NCBI RefSeq assembly: GCF_009914755.1
Contig: NC_060946.1
DNA from: the human T2T-CHM13v2.0 reference genome, Homo sapiens
Strand: one strand, 5' to 3'
Length of the DNA: 64,000 bases
Shown here: in pieces, positions 48,171-63,184 of the stretch
Layout: every line of letters starts with the position of its first letter
Numbering within the stretch: the stretch's first letter is position 1
The notes under the pieces: model-generated
Database searches by the model: none
What the model saw: the letters and a program-made list of their open reading frames with translations, nothing else
Told to the model about the DNA's origin: nothing
Program-made: the position numbers and the translations under genes

Positions 48171-51100
48171 TTCCCACTGGAGGGGCAGTGGGAGAGACAG
48201 GGGACACCCAGTGGGTGGAGCCGGCAGCTGCTCCTGGGGCTCACCGTGGAGTCCAGTGGAACGGGCACCATGCAGCAGGCTCCTTGGAGCAACCTAGAGC
48301 TGTGGAGAAGCAAGATGGCACCTGTGGCTTGGTGGGCTGGAGATTCACCTTCTGTCCCCAGAGCCAAGGACAAGCTCGTCTGAACACAGCCTCACCAGGG
48401 CTCAGCTCTGCATGGGGGCTGAGGGTCAGGTCTACGGCCCCACTGGCCAGAGTGTTGGGAAGGGGACAGCACCCACTGCAAGGCCAGGCCAGCGTGGACC
48501 TGGCAGTGACCCCTGGGCGGGCCATGTGCCCTCCCACCTGTCTCAGAGTATCGCCTGAGAGTGGCGTCTTCCACCCTCTGACCGCCATGGCTCCACAGGC
48601 AGCCCGCAAGAGCCTCCAGCCTCTGGCAGCCCTGGACCAGACCTTGGTAACACCTGCCCCATTCTACACAGCCGAACCAAGGCACTGAGCGCTCAGGAGC
48701 CCAGAGGAAGCCTGGTGGCTGTGAGCCGGGCCGGCTGGCTCATTCAGCCCAGGCCCCACCCGCCCTGGGATGATCTGGACCCCGGCCCTGCTCTCAGCTC
48801 TCAGTGCTCCCTTCCCAGATGAGCCAAGACGTCCCATGCAGACGGACACCTTCCCCAAGTGCCCGTCCCGGCGCTGCACAGCCCACGCCCTGCTGTCCCG
48901 GGGAGCAGCATCTTCCACCAGGCTCAGTGTCCTCTCTTGGGGGCACTGGAAGGGCTGGGCAGGCTGCAGCTGGCCCTGGCCCAGAAGGGGCCAGGAGAAT
49001 GTTCCAGTCTTGAGGCTCACAGCAGGTAGGACAGAGGCTCGGTGGCACCAGCCCACACACCCCTGGCCGCGGTGCTCACTGCTGCCCCGCAGCCATGCTC
49101 CCGGCCCCTGGTTCTGCTGTCACTCCCTGTGTGATCTCAGGGTGTGTTGTCACCAGCCACACCCTGAGATCCATTCTGAACCTCTCCATGGAAGGCTGGG
49201 TTGGAGGGGTGACGGCACAAGGCCTTCCACAAGGCAGGCGCCCAAGTCACATGTGGGGCTCAGCCCAGCCCCACAGACAAGAGGCGTGTCTGTGACCCAT
49301 GAGTTCAGAACCTCGTCGTGTGCCCTGGGCCGCCGCCCCAGGAGAAAGGTCAGGAGTGTTTTGCAGAGACCTGCCCGGAAAGGCTGGAGCTCGGCACAGG
49401 CTGCTCCTCCCTGCCCAGGGGCCCCTCCCCCGAGGTTCCCCCACCCCCACCTTGGCATCTCAGTGCCACCACACTGAGTGACACACCGGTGAGTCTCAGA
49501 AGAGCCCTGTACAGACAATGAGACCCACAAGTACACAGATGACGACTGCCATGTGGCTGCCAGAGAGAGCCACGCTGTGGGTCTGGCCGGAACCTCTTTC
49601 CTTTGTGCACCTGTGCCCAGCCCATGCACAACGCAGAGCTGACACCAAGTGAGCATCTGTCACTAAGTGAGGCAGGCAAATGAGGTAACACTCAATCTGG
49701 GCTTTGAAGGATGAGTAGGAGTTCCCGGAGGAGAAAAAGAGAGGCCCTTCCCAAGTGGAGGACGCAACAGGCGCAGAGGCCTGAAGGTGGCGGGAGCTCT
49801 GTGTATCCTCCTGCTGCCCACCCTCTGCATGGGCTGGCACGGGCCGGGGGATGGGCTGAAGAGGTTGTGGCCCCTCCACCTGAAGGAAGAAGCAGGTCCT
49901 GGTCTACCAGGACCAGTGTCCACTCCTCCCGGCCCCTGCTCTGGCCTTGCAGTCTGTCCCCTGTCCTGGCTCCCCAGCACAGCCCTGGCCACTGTCCCTC
50001 ACGGCTCCCCTTCCTCTCGCAGCCCCTACCCCTCCTCCAGGAACCCCCTTTGGACCACTATGATACTTCCTGTCCATTCCTGCCGCCCCTGCCCCTGACC
50101 TCACCCTGGTCAGCCCATGTGACCCCCACTACTGGCTGGACAGCACCCATTGGACAGATGCGGATACTGAGGCCCAGGAGGGTGCCAGGTGGCCCAAAGT
50201 GACACCCTCAGCTAGGGTGGATTAAGTTAGGAACCCCTTGCCCCAAATCTGGGGCCGACTCCTAGTACAAGACTAAAAGCCCTTTCTGCCTGGATGCCTG
50301 CACAGGGGCAGCTGCCCAGGCTGTATGGGGGCAAGGGTGCCCTACCCGGCCCCACACCCACGACCTCGAGACCTAGGCAGCCCCTGCCCCTGGTGGAGCC
50401 TCCTGAAGTCCCTTCCTGTGGTAAGCGACACCTCCAGGCATGCCTCAGCCTCTCCCTGACCAGGCCCTGCTCTTCCGTCTCTGGAAGGACCGTCACCCAC
50501 CCAACCCTCGCCCAGCAGCCCTGCCTCCATCTCCTGGGCTCCAGCCTCTCCCGACAGGCTGGGGCTAGCAGGGAGAAAACTGGGCCCCCCTTCTGTGCCC
50601 TCATGAAACTCAGCCCTGCCGGCTCTGCTCACTGCTTCCCTGAGGGTCCCCCACCTGTGTCACCAGCTGCCTGTCCCCGTCAGGCCCTGGCCACACCCAG
50701 CCACTGGCATTGCCAGGCACCCCAGATCATTTCATGCCTCCCCTGCCCTGGCCCTGCCACCCGCCTGCCTGGAGCACTCCCCCACCACCCCATCCCCACC
50801 GCCGGCTCATTCTTCCACTTTCCCCACTCAGTTAAAGCTGAGCTCCTCTGCAGCACTGCCCCAACCTCCCCGAGGCCAGGCTAGCAGTCACCTCGCCACA
50901 CCCCAGCCCCCAAGCCCTGACCCCCAGCCCCATCCTCCTCCTGAGCACATGCGGCTGGGCCACAGGTGTCCCTGGGCAGCATCTTGAGAACAGGCTGGGG
51001 CCAGACTGCCCCCCAGCTGGGACCCCAGGGGTGGATGGGGCCAGACCCAAAGCAGAGTGTGGGAGGTGGGGCCCTCAGCTGCAGAGGGCCTGGCCGTGGC

Positions 51101-53248
51101 CCCCTGTGACCACACATGACTGCCCACACCCATCTCGCCCCTCTGACCAGGTGGGCCACTGCCCACGAGTTGGAAGGCTTCGAGCCATGGGCAGCTGCTC
51201 TCCTAGTCCCTGCTGGCATCCCCAGTGGCAGCAACAGGGCAGGTGGGCTAGGAGAGATGGGGGCTCCCGTCCTGGCTCCACCTATGTGCAGGGAGGCTTG
51301 GCCCTAATGCCTCTACCTCGAGATTCAGGGTCTCAGGACACAGAAGGCGCAAGCCTCGCTCCTCCTGTCTGTCCACTGGTCGCTCCTGCACTGCCTGCTA
51401 CGCTGGGGTTAGGACCCAGCCTCAGATCACCTAGCCCAGCTCCCAGGAGCCCCATGTGGCAGCGCCCAACTGCCACACGAGAGGGCAGGTGCTCAACCTC
51501 CCCAGTGAGCTCCTGCAGCCAGAGTGGGCTTTGTCACCTGGTGTGAACAGAGCCCTGAGGCCGAGAGACCAGCAGGCCCACCCCAGCTTGGCCGCGCGTC
51601 CTCAGGCAAGACCCCCACTGTCTCTGGGCCTCTGCCGGAGTTAGTAGCCACACAGTGGAGAGTGAGGCTGGGGTTTGATAAAGCTTCAGTACTCCAGCTG
51701 ATGGGGGACAGGCCCCAGGGTGCCCCTCCTTTGGTTCCCTAGCCCCAGATCACCTAAGTCACTCCCTCCCCTTCTCCTGGCACCCCAGCCCTGTGTCTCC
51801 ACACCCACAATGGGCCTCTCCTGGAGTCAGTTGAACCAGATGGAGCCCTGTGGACAGGGCCAAGGCCAGGGCTTGTTGTGGTGCTGGGCCCACCTGGCTT
51901 TTGGTGAACAGAATAGTCAGTGGAGAGGGGAAGGAGATGGGGAAACTGAGGCACAGGGAGTGAAGTGCCCAGTCCAGGCCAGTACGGCCTCAGGTTCCAC
52001 GCGGCTGCTTTCATCCCTGACACTCGCTCGTCCACCCCAAGCCTGTGCCAGCCCCCAGTGTCTTCACCCAGAGCCTGTGCGGCTGGAGGGGCTCTCAGCC
52101 CAGGCAAGGGCTGGCGGCCAGCCACCCGAGGTGACCTGCAGCTGCAGAGGGGTGGCCTTGGCGCCTCTCTTGCTGCAGGAGGAGGAGGAGGAAGAGGAAG
52201 TGGCCCCTCTGCTTTACGGGGCTGTGATTCCAGTGGTAAATGCGGAAATACGGCTTGGCTGAGTGCCGCGTTCGGCCAGGGCCAGCTCCCAGGAACAGCC
52301 GGGCTGCGAGGCCATGACCCAGGGCCTGGGAACACAGTGAGGCCTGGCCATGCTGCGAGGCCTCAGAGGGGCGGACTGCTTAGGAGGCCAACGACCTTCC
52401 TAAGGGTGGGCAGTCAGGGAAGGGCCAACAGCATGCCCGCTGTGTCCTCAGGCGGGCCCTCCCTCCCTGGGACCCTCCCAGTGCCAGCCTCCTGCCTGGG
52501 CCAGGCTGGGAGCTCCCTGACTGCTCTGGTCCCTGGGCTGCTCCCACGAGCCTGACTCTGACGGTGTCTGCTGCACATCATCCGCGGAGTCCCGAGTTCC
52601 GGCCACTGCGGTCGTCCCCATTTCACAGCCAGGAAACAGAGGACAGGGGAAGTCAACTGGAGGTCACGCGGTGGTGAGTGACAGAGTGGGTGTTGCAGGC
52701 AACCGCTGGACAGAGCCACAGCCACACTCTCCCCAGCACACCCCACTGCCCCTGTGCTGGGGGACTGCTCCCCATTTCACAGATGGGGAAACCAAGGCTG
52801 GCGGGAGGAGCAGCAGGAGCACATCCGTGGACTCTTAAGTCAGCACCCTGCCTGCACACGCAGCCCCAATCCCCATAGTGAGGTTTGCCTCCCCGGCATG
52901 AACCAGGAACGTCCGGCCTCATCGGGAGGCTGGCACCAAAATCCATTCTATGTGGGTGAAGGCACCTACAGGGAGCATGCATGGGCCATGGGAGGTGTGC
53001 CCTCACCAGCCTGAGAATCACGGAGGGCTTCCTGACCACTAACCTGAGTCCTGAAGGGCAAAGAGCAGAGATGAAGCAGGGCTGTGGGGTGAGGAGAAGC
53101 GTGCACAGCCTCCACAGGTGAGGAAGCCCCTGCCAGGGACGGGGCTTGGGGGTCAGGGGAGGGTGGGCAGGCCACCAAGGGCCTTGGGCACCCGTGGGTC
53201 CCTGAGGGCCATAGGAAGTCATTGAAGGTTTTAGCAGGTGAGTGATAA

Positions 53249-53578
<330 letters not shown>

Positions 53579-54840
53579 CAGAGGAGTCTTTTGAAAGTTC
53601 CTTCTGGCTGGGTGTGGATTCTGGATTGGGGTCACGAGGGTTGGGGCAGAGAGGGTAGGTTGGTAGGTGGGGGCTTCCCCAGGCAGGCGCCCTGCAGTGT
53701 GGACAGGAAGCTGGTGGGGATAGGACATGAGGCAGGGGCTGCATCCCACGGCCCTCAACTCTCTCCAGTGATGGATGAGGGGCGTGGATTCAGCGGCCCC
53801 CTGCCTCTGGCAGAGACTGGGTCTGGGATTGGTGCTGCCAGGCCTCTGGCCCCATTCCCAGGACCAGTCCCTCTACCCTCCCAGGCCCAATCTCGTCAGC
53901 CCCGGCACAGGGATTCACGCCGGGGATGGGCCTGGCTCAGACGGTGCCCCCCTCCTAGCCCACATCCAGGCAAACAGCCGTAAGAGCAGTGAGAGCGCCC
54001 TCTCCTGGGAGCGCTGGGCAGGTGCCAGGGCTGACGCCACCGTAGGGGTACAGGGCAGGGGTCACTCCTGCTAAGCCCCAGGGAAGCCCCTCCCTACAAG
54101 TTGGGTCCCAGGTAGCAAGGGCAGGAAGGGTGTTTCGGGCATGGGGAACAGCATGTGTGAAGGCTGAGGTGGAGGGAAGTGGGTGGGTCCGGCAGGGGGC
54201 ACTGGTGGGTTTGGGGTTCAGAGAGAGAGCCCTGCGTTCAGTGTGGGCCATGGAAGGAGGGAAAGTGCTCTAGGCAGGCAGAGGGGAGGGAGGCAGCGGA
54301 GGCTGGGGATAGACTTGGGCCCTGTGCACATGAGGGGAGGGGACGGAATGAAGACACTGAGCTGGCCACAGAGGTCACCGAGGTTGTCCGGAACACGCCC
54401 ACCATATTTATGGGACACCTCCTGAGACCCCCAGGCCTATTTCAGGGCCTTCAGTGCAGGGCCCCGGGATCAGCAGCGAGCAGCACAAATGAGACCCTGG
54501 GCTCAGGGAGAAACACAGGAGGGGAAGAGGGGGCGCAGTTGGGGGCAGGCTTCCAGAAGCACCTCGCCTTCAGGAGTGTGGGTCGGGGGGCTGGGCTGGA
54601 GACAGGCCCCAGACTGGGGCAGCAGTGGCAGGAGCTAAGAGTGTGGGTGGCCAGGGTGACTGGGACAGGGGTTGTGCCAGGAGCAGCCTCATCGCCCCTG
54701 GGTTTCCCAAGAGCCATCAGTGCCCATGCCCGGGTGCTTGTGGCTCTCATACCTCAGGACGAGCAGCAGGATTCGGACCCAGGGTGCTGGGGTCTGCAGC
54801 CCCCCACTGGACGCTGAGATCTGCACAGCCTCAGCACTAG

Positions 54841-55275
<435 letters not shown>

Positions 55276-56534
55276 TCATCTTGTAGTTAATGCTTTCTGT
55301 GTACCTGGCCTGTGCTGGCCAGCGCCATGGTGGTAGCCACCCACTTGACAGCAGCTGGGAGGTCCCTGGGCACAAGGAGAAGAGGTGACAAGGCCGGGTG
55401 GGAGGAGCTTGGTCTCGCACAGTCCTGAGGTGACAGCCACCTTGGGCTGCATACCACTGACCTGGCCCTGCAATGGAGGCAGTTGCCCAAGTACCGGCTG
55501 CTGGCTGGTGCTCCGAGGCAGAGGGCACAGTGGGGTCCAGCTGGGTTGGGGGGCCACTGACAGCCAGGGAGCAGCAGGGGGCTGGGTTGCTGTATTATCA
55601 AGGGCACAGCTGTCCCTAAAGCCACTAGGCCAAAGGGCCTCCTCACTCCTGTGCGACGTGGCCCTGAGAGTCCAAAGGCCAGGCCAAGGTCACGCCATGG
55701 TCAGTGCCGGCCAGGGCTGGAAGCCGAGCCTCCTGACCCTTGCACCAAGCTCTCTCCTCTGTTCAGGCCACGGCATCCAGGCCTGGGGCCACGAACCCGC
55801 AGTTTTCTCCCGTCCTGGGGCAGTCAGCCCTGGGCTGTGGGGGCTGCTGGGGCTGGGGGTCCGAAGGGCTGCGGACTCCCAGGAAGGAGATGTGAGCTCT
55901 ATGGAATCCTAGCAGGAGCCCGTGGCATCCTCAGCTTTCCGGGTGTGCTGGGTACAGGGGCAGATGGCTGGCATGCTGGGGGGCCTGAGGCTCTGGCAAG
56001 GCAGCTGGGCACAGCCTGAAGGTCTGAGTGCCTGGCCCCCAGGGAGGGATGGCTTTGGGCCACCTTTGAAGGCCTCTTGACCCGCAGATGATGCAGCCTG
56101 CAGCCACCTCCGTCCACTTAGCAGGTCCTTTCCAGCCTGGCACCGGGTCACAGGTCACATTGGCCCCTGAAGTGCCAGCCCACAGCTCCAAGGAGGGCTA
56201 CAGGGGAACATCGGCTGGCTGGGAACTCACAGAGCCCCAGGCAGCGCTCAGCTCCCTCCCCGGCCCTGCCACAGGGCCCTGCTGGCCTCTTCACCCCACA
56301 CCTCCCTGTCAGTCCTCCTTCCAGGGCAAAGGCCCCAGCTCTCACTTGGGGCTCAAGCTATCCTGGGCTCCTCACTCTCTCTTGGTCACTGCCCTCCCCT
56401 CCCAGACACCCGTCTCCCAGCCACCTGCACCTCCCCAGCCCTGTGGTGCAGTGTAAAGCTGGCCCTGGCACCCTGTGGTTGTCCCGCCTCGCCCTTGGAC
56501 CCCCAAACCCCCCAAGCCCCAAAGTCAGGACTGC

Positions 56535-56710
56535 ATGACGCTTAGAAGCCCAGCCTCCAGAGCTGAGTCCCTGGTTCAAATCCCGGCTCCACCAGTTTTA
56601 GCTCTGTGACCCCTCTGCCTCAGTTTCCTCACCCACAGAATGGGGATCACTGGTGCCATCCCATAGGGCCAGTGTGGAGATTAAATGAGCAAGTTCTTAC
56701 AAAACCTGAG
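56535..56710 (+). mobile_element. MIR
   Basis: GGTTCAAATCCCGGCTCCACC...CTGCCTCAGTTTCCTCA...GAGATTAAATGAG. Confidence 0.8.
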
Positions 56711-57293
56711 AATGGGGGTCCGGCCATTGCTCCAGTCTGGTCTGGGTGTTCTCCCTGCTGGAACATTCCTGCTGCCCCCTCTCCCCACAGCGCCTTCCCC
56801 ACCCCACCCCTTCTACCTGGAAAGCAACGGGCCTCATGCCTGGGAGGGGCCTCCTGACCCCCAACCCCAACTGCCCAAGCCACGAACCAGTGCACTCACC
56901 ACTGGCCTGGTGATCCTGGGGTCTGGGCCAGAGATGGGGTCACCTCCGCATCCCCCACCCAGAGCAAACCTGCCCCTGTCCAGCCCCGGACAGCTCTGCA
57001 TCTCCCTCCTCCTGCAGAGGGCAATGGTAATCCTTGACATGCGGTCCTCCTGTCCTCTTAAGATTCCGTGGCCTGTGGTGTCTGGAAAACTTTGAATTCC
57101 ATGACTGTCTGGGGCCAAAAACGATGAGTGCACAACAAGAAAACCCTCCCAGGAGGCCTGGGCAGCCAGGACGCGCATCTGTGCAGGACCCTCAGCGGAG
57201 GTGCGGCCAGCGGACCTGCACCTAGAGCTCCCGGCATGCCCAACCCTGCAGGTTCAGTGTCCTTGTCATTCCCCATGAGCCAGAGGCACGTGA

Positions 57294-57848
<555 letters not shown>

Positions 57849-58852
57849 TAGGCCACGCACAGATTTCTGGCTTAGAAATAACTGACTGGCAGGCGATGCC
57901 CTACACCAAGACAGGGAGCACTGAGAGAGGTCAGGCTTCAGGGCAGTTTGGGGATTCCTGTGAGGCACCCAAGTTGGCAGCTCAGGAGGCAGGGGGCAGC
58001 TGGAGGCAGCATGGGAGACACTGGCGCCTGGGGATCCGGAGAGCACCCAGGGAGGGTGGCAGGCTGGGAAGAGGCTGAAGCCAGCAAGGGGCCTGGAGAA
58101 GGTCAGGGAGGCTTGTGTCAGGAAGAGAGAAAGAGAGGCCAAGTACATCCCACACATGCACATGGGCCAGGCATGGGCCATGCAGGCTAGGATGGATGCC
58201 CAGGAGGTGCTGCGGGGATGACCACCCCACCCCCTGCCCCAGCTCCTCCCCGCAGCTTCGGAATTCCCAGGCAGCCCATGGGCCTAGAGACCCTGCTCGG
58301 ATAAGGAAAGGAAAAAATACATTCTTTGTGTCCCTTTCCCACAAGCCGCTACAATCATCATCTTTGTTCCCTGATTGCAGCAAATGATAGGGAAATGGAC
58401 GGCCGTTCGAATTCCTGTTGAACTTTTAAGAGAAGTCCCCTCAGAGCCCTGGGGAAGGGTGGCAAGCTGTGGGTGATGGAAGCTGGCCGGCGGGGAAGGG
58501 CTCCATGGAGCGCTGGCCTGTATGCGTCCGTGGGGAGCTAACTGGAAAATGAAGCTTCCACAAGGACATGAGGCTGGCTTTTAGAACGGGCTTGAAACCA
58601 AAAGACACAGGCAAGATGCCCTCCATGGGGAAAAGTTGGGAAATAATTGTCAGAGAAGGTCAAAGGTGCTGGCGCCATTGTCCTGGGACGCCTCCTGGCT
58701 CTGCCGACCTTGTCTCTGCCAACCTTGACTTTGCCGGTGCCGAGTTGGTGTAGGATGGGCCCCAGGCCCGGGACATCTGCTTCTCTCACTTCTGGCTTTG
58801 TCTCCACCTCCACCTCCACCGCTCCTGATTGTCCGAGGGAGTAACAAGAAAC

Positions 58853-59180
58853 TCACACACGCAGACATGTACATGTGTGCACACAAATAGCACACACACC
58901 CATATGCATATACAGAGACATGCACAGGTGCTCACTCACATATACATGCAACACACACGGGTGCATTCATGCATGCACACACAGGTATGTGTGTACACAG
59001 ACGTGTGCAAGCACATATGCGTATTTGTACATGCATATACACATGTGCTAACACAGGTGCCACACACGTACACATGTGCACACACATGCCTGCTCACATG
59101 TACCTGTGCACACACGTGCCTGCTCACATGTATGTGTGCGCACACACACACAGACACAAGCACATGCCCTTGTGCACACA
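58853..59180. repeat. Degenerate (CA/TG)n alternating purine-pyrimidine tract
   Basis: About 330 bp of CACA/CATG/TGTG with an internal repeat CACACRTGCCTGCTCACATGTA. Confidence 0.9.
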
Positions 59181-60227
59181 GGTATGGCAGGCCCAACGTG
59201 GCAGGCAGGCTTCACCAGGTACTTGGTGTGGAGCTGGTTGCTCCCACTCCTGCCTTTCTCTGCTGAGCAAGGAGGTGGAGCCGTGGCCTTGGGGAACTCC
59301 CAACTCCCATCTCTGGGCGGCACACAGACCCCTGCTGAAAGTCGGACAGATTTGCTCACTCTGGTTTCTGGGATTCCAAGGGCAGACTGCAGGGATCTCC
59401 CAGCAACGTGAGAGGGCACGACCCTGACAGACACGCCATTCCTCTTTCTGTCAACCGGTGGAATCCAAGCAAGAGCAGCCCCTCACCGGCCGTGTGGTCA
59501 CGGCTGCCTTAGGCCACCTTCCTGCCCTCCTGTCCCTCGCTCCAGGGTGTGCCAGGCGTGTTCTGAGTGTGGGCGCAGGCAGCACCGGGCTCGAGAAGGA
59601 GTGATGTACAGATGGACAGCTGTCCTGCCTACTGGCCTAAGCGGTCAGTCCCTCAGCTACATGGGCCAGGGCCATGGGAGGCTCCAGAAACAAGGCCACT
59701 GCCCACAGCACCGGCATTTGCAGTAGGTGTGTGGAAGCAGCTGCAGGCCAGAGGCAGGAGCCAGGGAAATGTGGCGCCCAGGCCGTCTTGTCCCCTCTGG
59801 GCCTCCATGTCCCCACCTGCACCGTGGCTCGATGGAGCAGGACATCTCCCTGGGGGTGGCAGCCACGTTGCCCTCCCGCCAGGAGCCTCCCGTGAGCCCC
59901 AGGGCACAGGCCCGCTTCCCCTCCAGGGCTGTACATTTGCCTTTTAGGAGCCAGAGTTGAGCAGCTCCTGGCTGGGTGTTGGGAACCGTGCCCCAGGCCC
60001 ATGGACAGCACAGCCAGCCTCTTGGAAGTCTCAGAAAATGTATCACCCGTCACAGGGATGGTTTCCTGTCTCTGCAGATACTTCACTCTCCCCTCCCCCG
60101 ACTCCTCCTCCTGGGCCATTTCCCAGAAGCGCTCATCCCCATGCCCACACGAACACAAACCTCCACGCAGCACTGACCAAGAGCCAGGCCCTACCCCAGG
60201 ACCTCACAGATGTCACCTTCGCGGTCC

Positions 60228-60347
60228 TTTCAGCAACCGAATGAGGTAGGCCTATCATTATCCCCTCTTCACAGATGGGGAAACCGAGGCACGGAGCTGT
60301 GAAGTGACTTGCCCAAGGCCCCACCGGCAGCCAGTGGCAGAGCCAGG
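60228..60347 (-). mobile_element. MIR
   Basis: ATGAGGTAGG...ACAGATGGGGAAACCGAGGCAC...GTGACTTGCCCAAGG. Confidence 0.8.
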
Positions 60348-60348
60348 T

Positions 60349-60513
60349 GCCCCCCAAGATGTTCACGCCCTAATCCTCAGGATCTGCAGACATGTCACCT
60401 TTCATGGCAAAAGGTCTTTGCAAATGTGATGAAACATCTGAAGATGGCAAGATTCTCTTAGGTGATCTCAGTGGGTCCCAGGTAAGCACAAGGGTCTTTA
60501 TGAGAGGAAGAAG
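60349..60513 (+). mobile_element. MLT1 (MaLR, MLT1C/D-like) LTR 5' fragment
   Basis: CCCCCAAGATGTTCACGCCCTAATCC...CATGGCAAAAGG.CTTTGCA.ATGTGAT...CACAAGGGTCTTTAT. Confidence 0.8.
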
Positions 60514-60514
60514 G

Positions 60515-60770
60515 TATTTGTTGATGTCTCTTTCATTCCTGCTGATCACTTGATGAATACGGAGTTGGCCAGATTTCTCCACTGAAAAGTTACTGTGTTT
60601 CCTTTTGTCATTAACAAGCATCTTGTTGGGCGATACTTTGAGACTTTGTAAATATCCTATTACTCAAATTTTCACCCGCTAATTTTAGCATCCTTAGATG
60701 ACTCCACCTGGATGGGTTATTATTATAATGGTTATTAAATGGTGATTCCATCATTCCTGTAGTTACTGTT
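60515..60770 (-). mobile_element. L1MC4/L1MC5-like 3' fragment
   Basis: GCCAGATTTCTCCACTG.AAAGTTACT...GATACTTTGAGACT.TGTAAATATCCT...TTTTAGCATCC. Confidence 0.75.
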
Positions 60771-60774
60771 TTAA

Positions 60775-61070
60775 TCACCTCAGATGAGATCCAGATTCCC
60801 AAGAAACTTCCAGTCTAGTGAGGGAGATGACTTAGTCAACAAATATAATAAAGTGAAATCAGCAAGAGGCACTGGGGCTGAGGGAGTAAGGAAGAGGAAC
60901 ACAACACGGGGAGGAGTGATCAGGGAGGCCTTCCTGGAGGAGGTGGTGCCTGAAGTAAATCCTTAAAGGAAAAACAGAAGTGAAGGGAGGAGATGCCCTA
61001 CAGAAGGAAAAGCAAGTGCAAAGCAATGGGATGGAAGTGGAGAGCTGGAGAGAGAGGAAGAGACATGACC
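60775..61070 (-). mobile_element. L2 fragment
   Basis: CAGTCTAGTGAGGGAGA...TCAGGGAGGCCTTCCTGGAGGAGGTG...AGCAAGTGCAAAG. Confidence 0.65.
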
Positions 61071-61397
61071 ATGGTGGACTCCAGGTGTTGGGCCCAGGGT
61101 CTCTGCCCAGGCCTGCGGAGCCATCAGCAGTGCAGGGCTTGGCCCGGGGGTGGGCTGTGCAGGTGGGCAAATGAGAAATGAAAGGGCAGGGTGGGCAGAG
61201 CAGGGGCAAAGCCAGGGCGACAACTCGTTGACATGCGCCCTGTTGACCTTCGTAACCTCTGACCCTCACAGTGACCTTCCGAAGGTAGCCTTCTTCTTCC
61301 TATGGAAAACAGGCGCAGAGAGGTGAGGTGATCCGTGCAGGTCCCCCAGCAGAGCCAGGATTCCAGCTCAGACTCTCAGAACAAGCGGTGAACAGGA

Positions 61398-61699
61398 GGC
61401 TGGGCAAGGTGGCTCACTCCTGTAATGCTGGCACTTTGGGAGGCTGAGGCGGGCGGATTACTTGAGGTCAGGAGATCCAGACCAGCCTGGCCAACATGGT
61501 GAAACCCCGTCTCTACTAAAAATACAAAAATTAGCTGGGTGTGGTGGTGCATGCTCCCAGCTACTCAGGAGGCTGAGGCAGGAAAATCATTTGAACCCAG
61601 GAAGCGGAGGTTGCAGTGAGCCAAGATTGTACCACTGCACTCCAGCCTGGGTGACAGAGCGAGACTCTGCCTCAAAAAAAAAAAAAAAAAAACAAAAAA
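61398..61699 (+). mobile_element. Alu (AluS)
   Basis: Full Alu with a small internal deletion, a long A tail and TSD remnant AACAGG. Confidence 0.94.
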
Positions 61700-63184
61700 C
61701 AGGCGGGGAAGGGTAAAGGGTACCTCTCTCAGCTGCCTGCATCTTTCTTACTCAGAGCCTGGCCCTGAGTACTCACAGAGGATTCCATGGGGTCCTGTCC
61801 CCAAGAAACCCCCCGAGAAAGTTCCAATCAGGACTCAGGTCCCACTGGGAGGTCCCCCCCTAGCTGACTTCTTGGGCTCCCTCCCAAAGTGGGCAGAAGG
61901 GACTGGGTGAGGGACCTGAGCCTGGTTTTCACTTCCCTAAGCCCGAGGGTCCTCTTCCTGGCACAAGGCCTCGAGGACGCTTGGGAAGCCAGCCTTCAGG
62001 TCCCGCTGTTTTGTTATTTTGCCAAAGTATGTCCCGTCTGTAAGTTTGCCCCCTCGGGTCACTTTCTTCACCTTATCAGCAGGGCCCATCATTCCTGCTG
62101 CTTTCCAACAAGATGCCAGAGCATATTTTTAGACCAATGAAGTTGGTGGGACAGTGGGTGGGACCCAGAGAGTGACGGACAGTGAGTCGGCCTGGAGGGT
62201 GGGAAGGCAAAGCGAGTTCCCCTCCTGGGACGGGGCTGGGAGGGGACATGGGATGGTCTGTCAGCTACGAGTTTGTGGAAGGCAGAGTCGGTGACTTTCA
62301 GCTGACCTGCCTCGGTCTGGAAGATTCCAGTAGAGAAAGGGAGGGCCAGGGGCCTGGAGGCTGGTTCCAGGCCTGGGTGCTGGGCCTGAGAGCATTTCCA
62401 AAGCACTGAGCCTGGGACTGAAGGTAATTCACCACGAGGGCACAGCTGGGGAGGACCGTGTGTGTGCTTCCCCCACCTCCCAGTCCCTCAACTCACCCCC
62501 AGTCCCCCCACCCGCCTTAACTCAGGAAAAAGGCCTCCCTCGTGAGCACTGGCAGCTGCCTTTGGAGGCATGTCACGGTCACACCGCAGGACAAAACACA
62601 GAATCTCGGGCTGGCAGGGGACATTTGAGATCGGCCAGCCCAGCCTCTCATTTTACAGCTGGGAATGGGCGCAGGACGGCCATGGCTGCCCAAGGTCACA
62701 GAGCCTGGGAGGGAGCCGCAGACACAGTGGAAAAAGCAGAGTCACGTGAGCCAGGTCTGGGCACTGGGTCCGGGCCTGCCACTCCCCTGCATGCGGCTCA
62801 GGGCGATGGCTCAGCCTCTCGGCCTCAGGTCCACAGCTGGAAGCAGGCAGAGGAACAGCTGTTTGCGGGGCTGCCTGGGGAGCAGCGGGGCTGGGTGCCC
62901 TGTGCACACAGCGGACATTTCATCAGCCACTCTGCAGGCAGCCAAGCCAGGAGGGCCCTCTGGGCACCTGGGCCTCTCCTCAGGAAGAGGAGCAGGGACT
63001 CACTATCCTTTGGGTCAACGACGGCCTTAAGCAACGGGCTCGAAAATCCCTGATTAGTGACCACCTTCTGTTGCTAGGCAAGATGGGGACAAAGATGGGT
63101 CCAGTTCTCCAGCTGTTAAACATCTGTCTCATCAAGAAGATGGGACAGCACATGGAAAATAAATTTCTATGGTTATAATAACTG

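Noticed and set aside
60242-60250. TGAGGTAGG resembling the start of another let-7
   Set aside because: Part of the MIR consensus; no remainder of the mature sequence and no hairpin.
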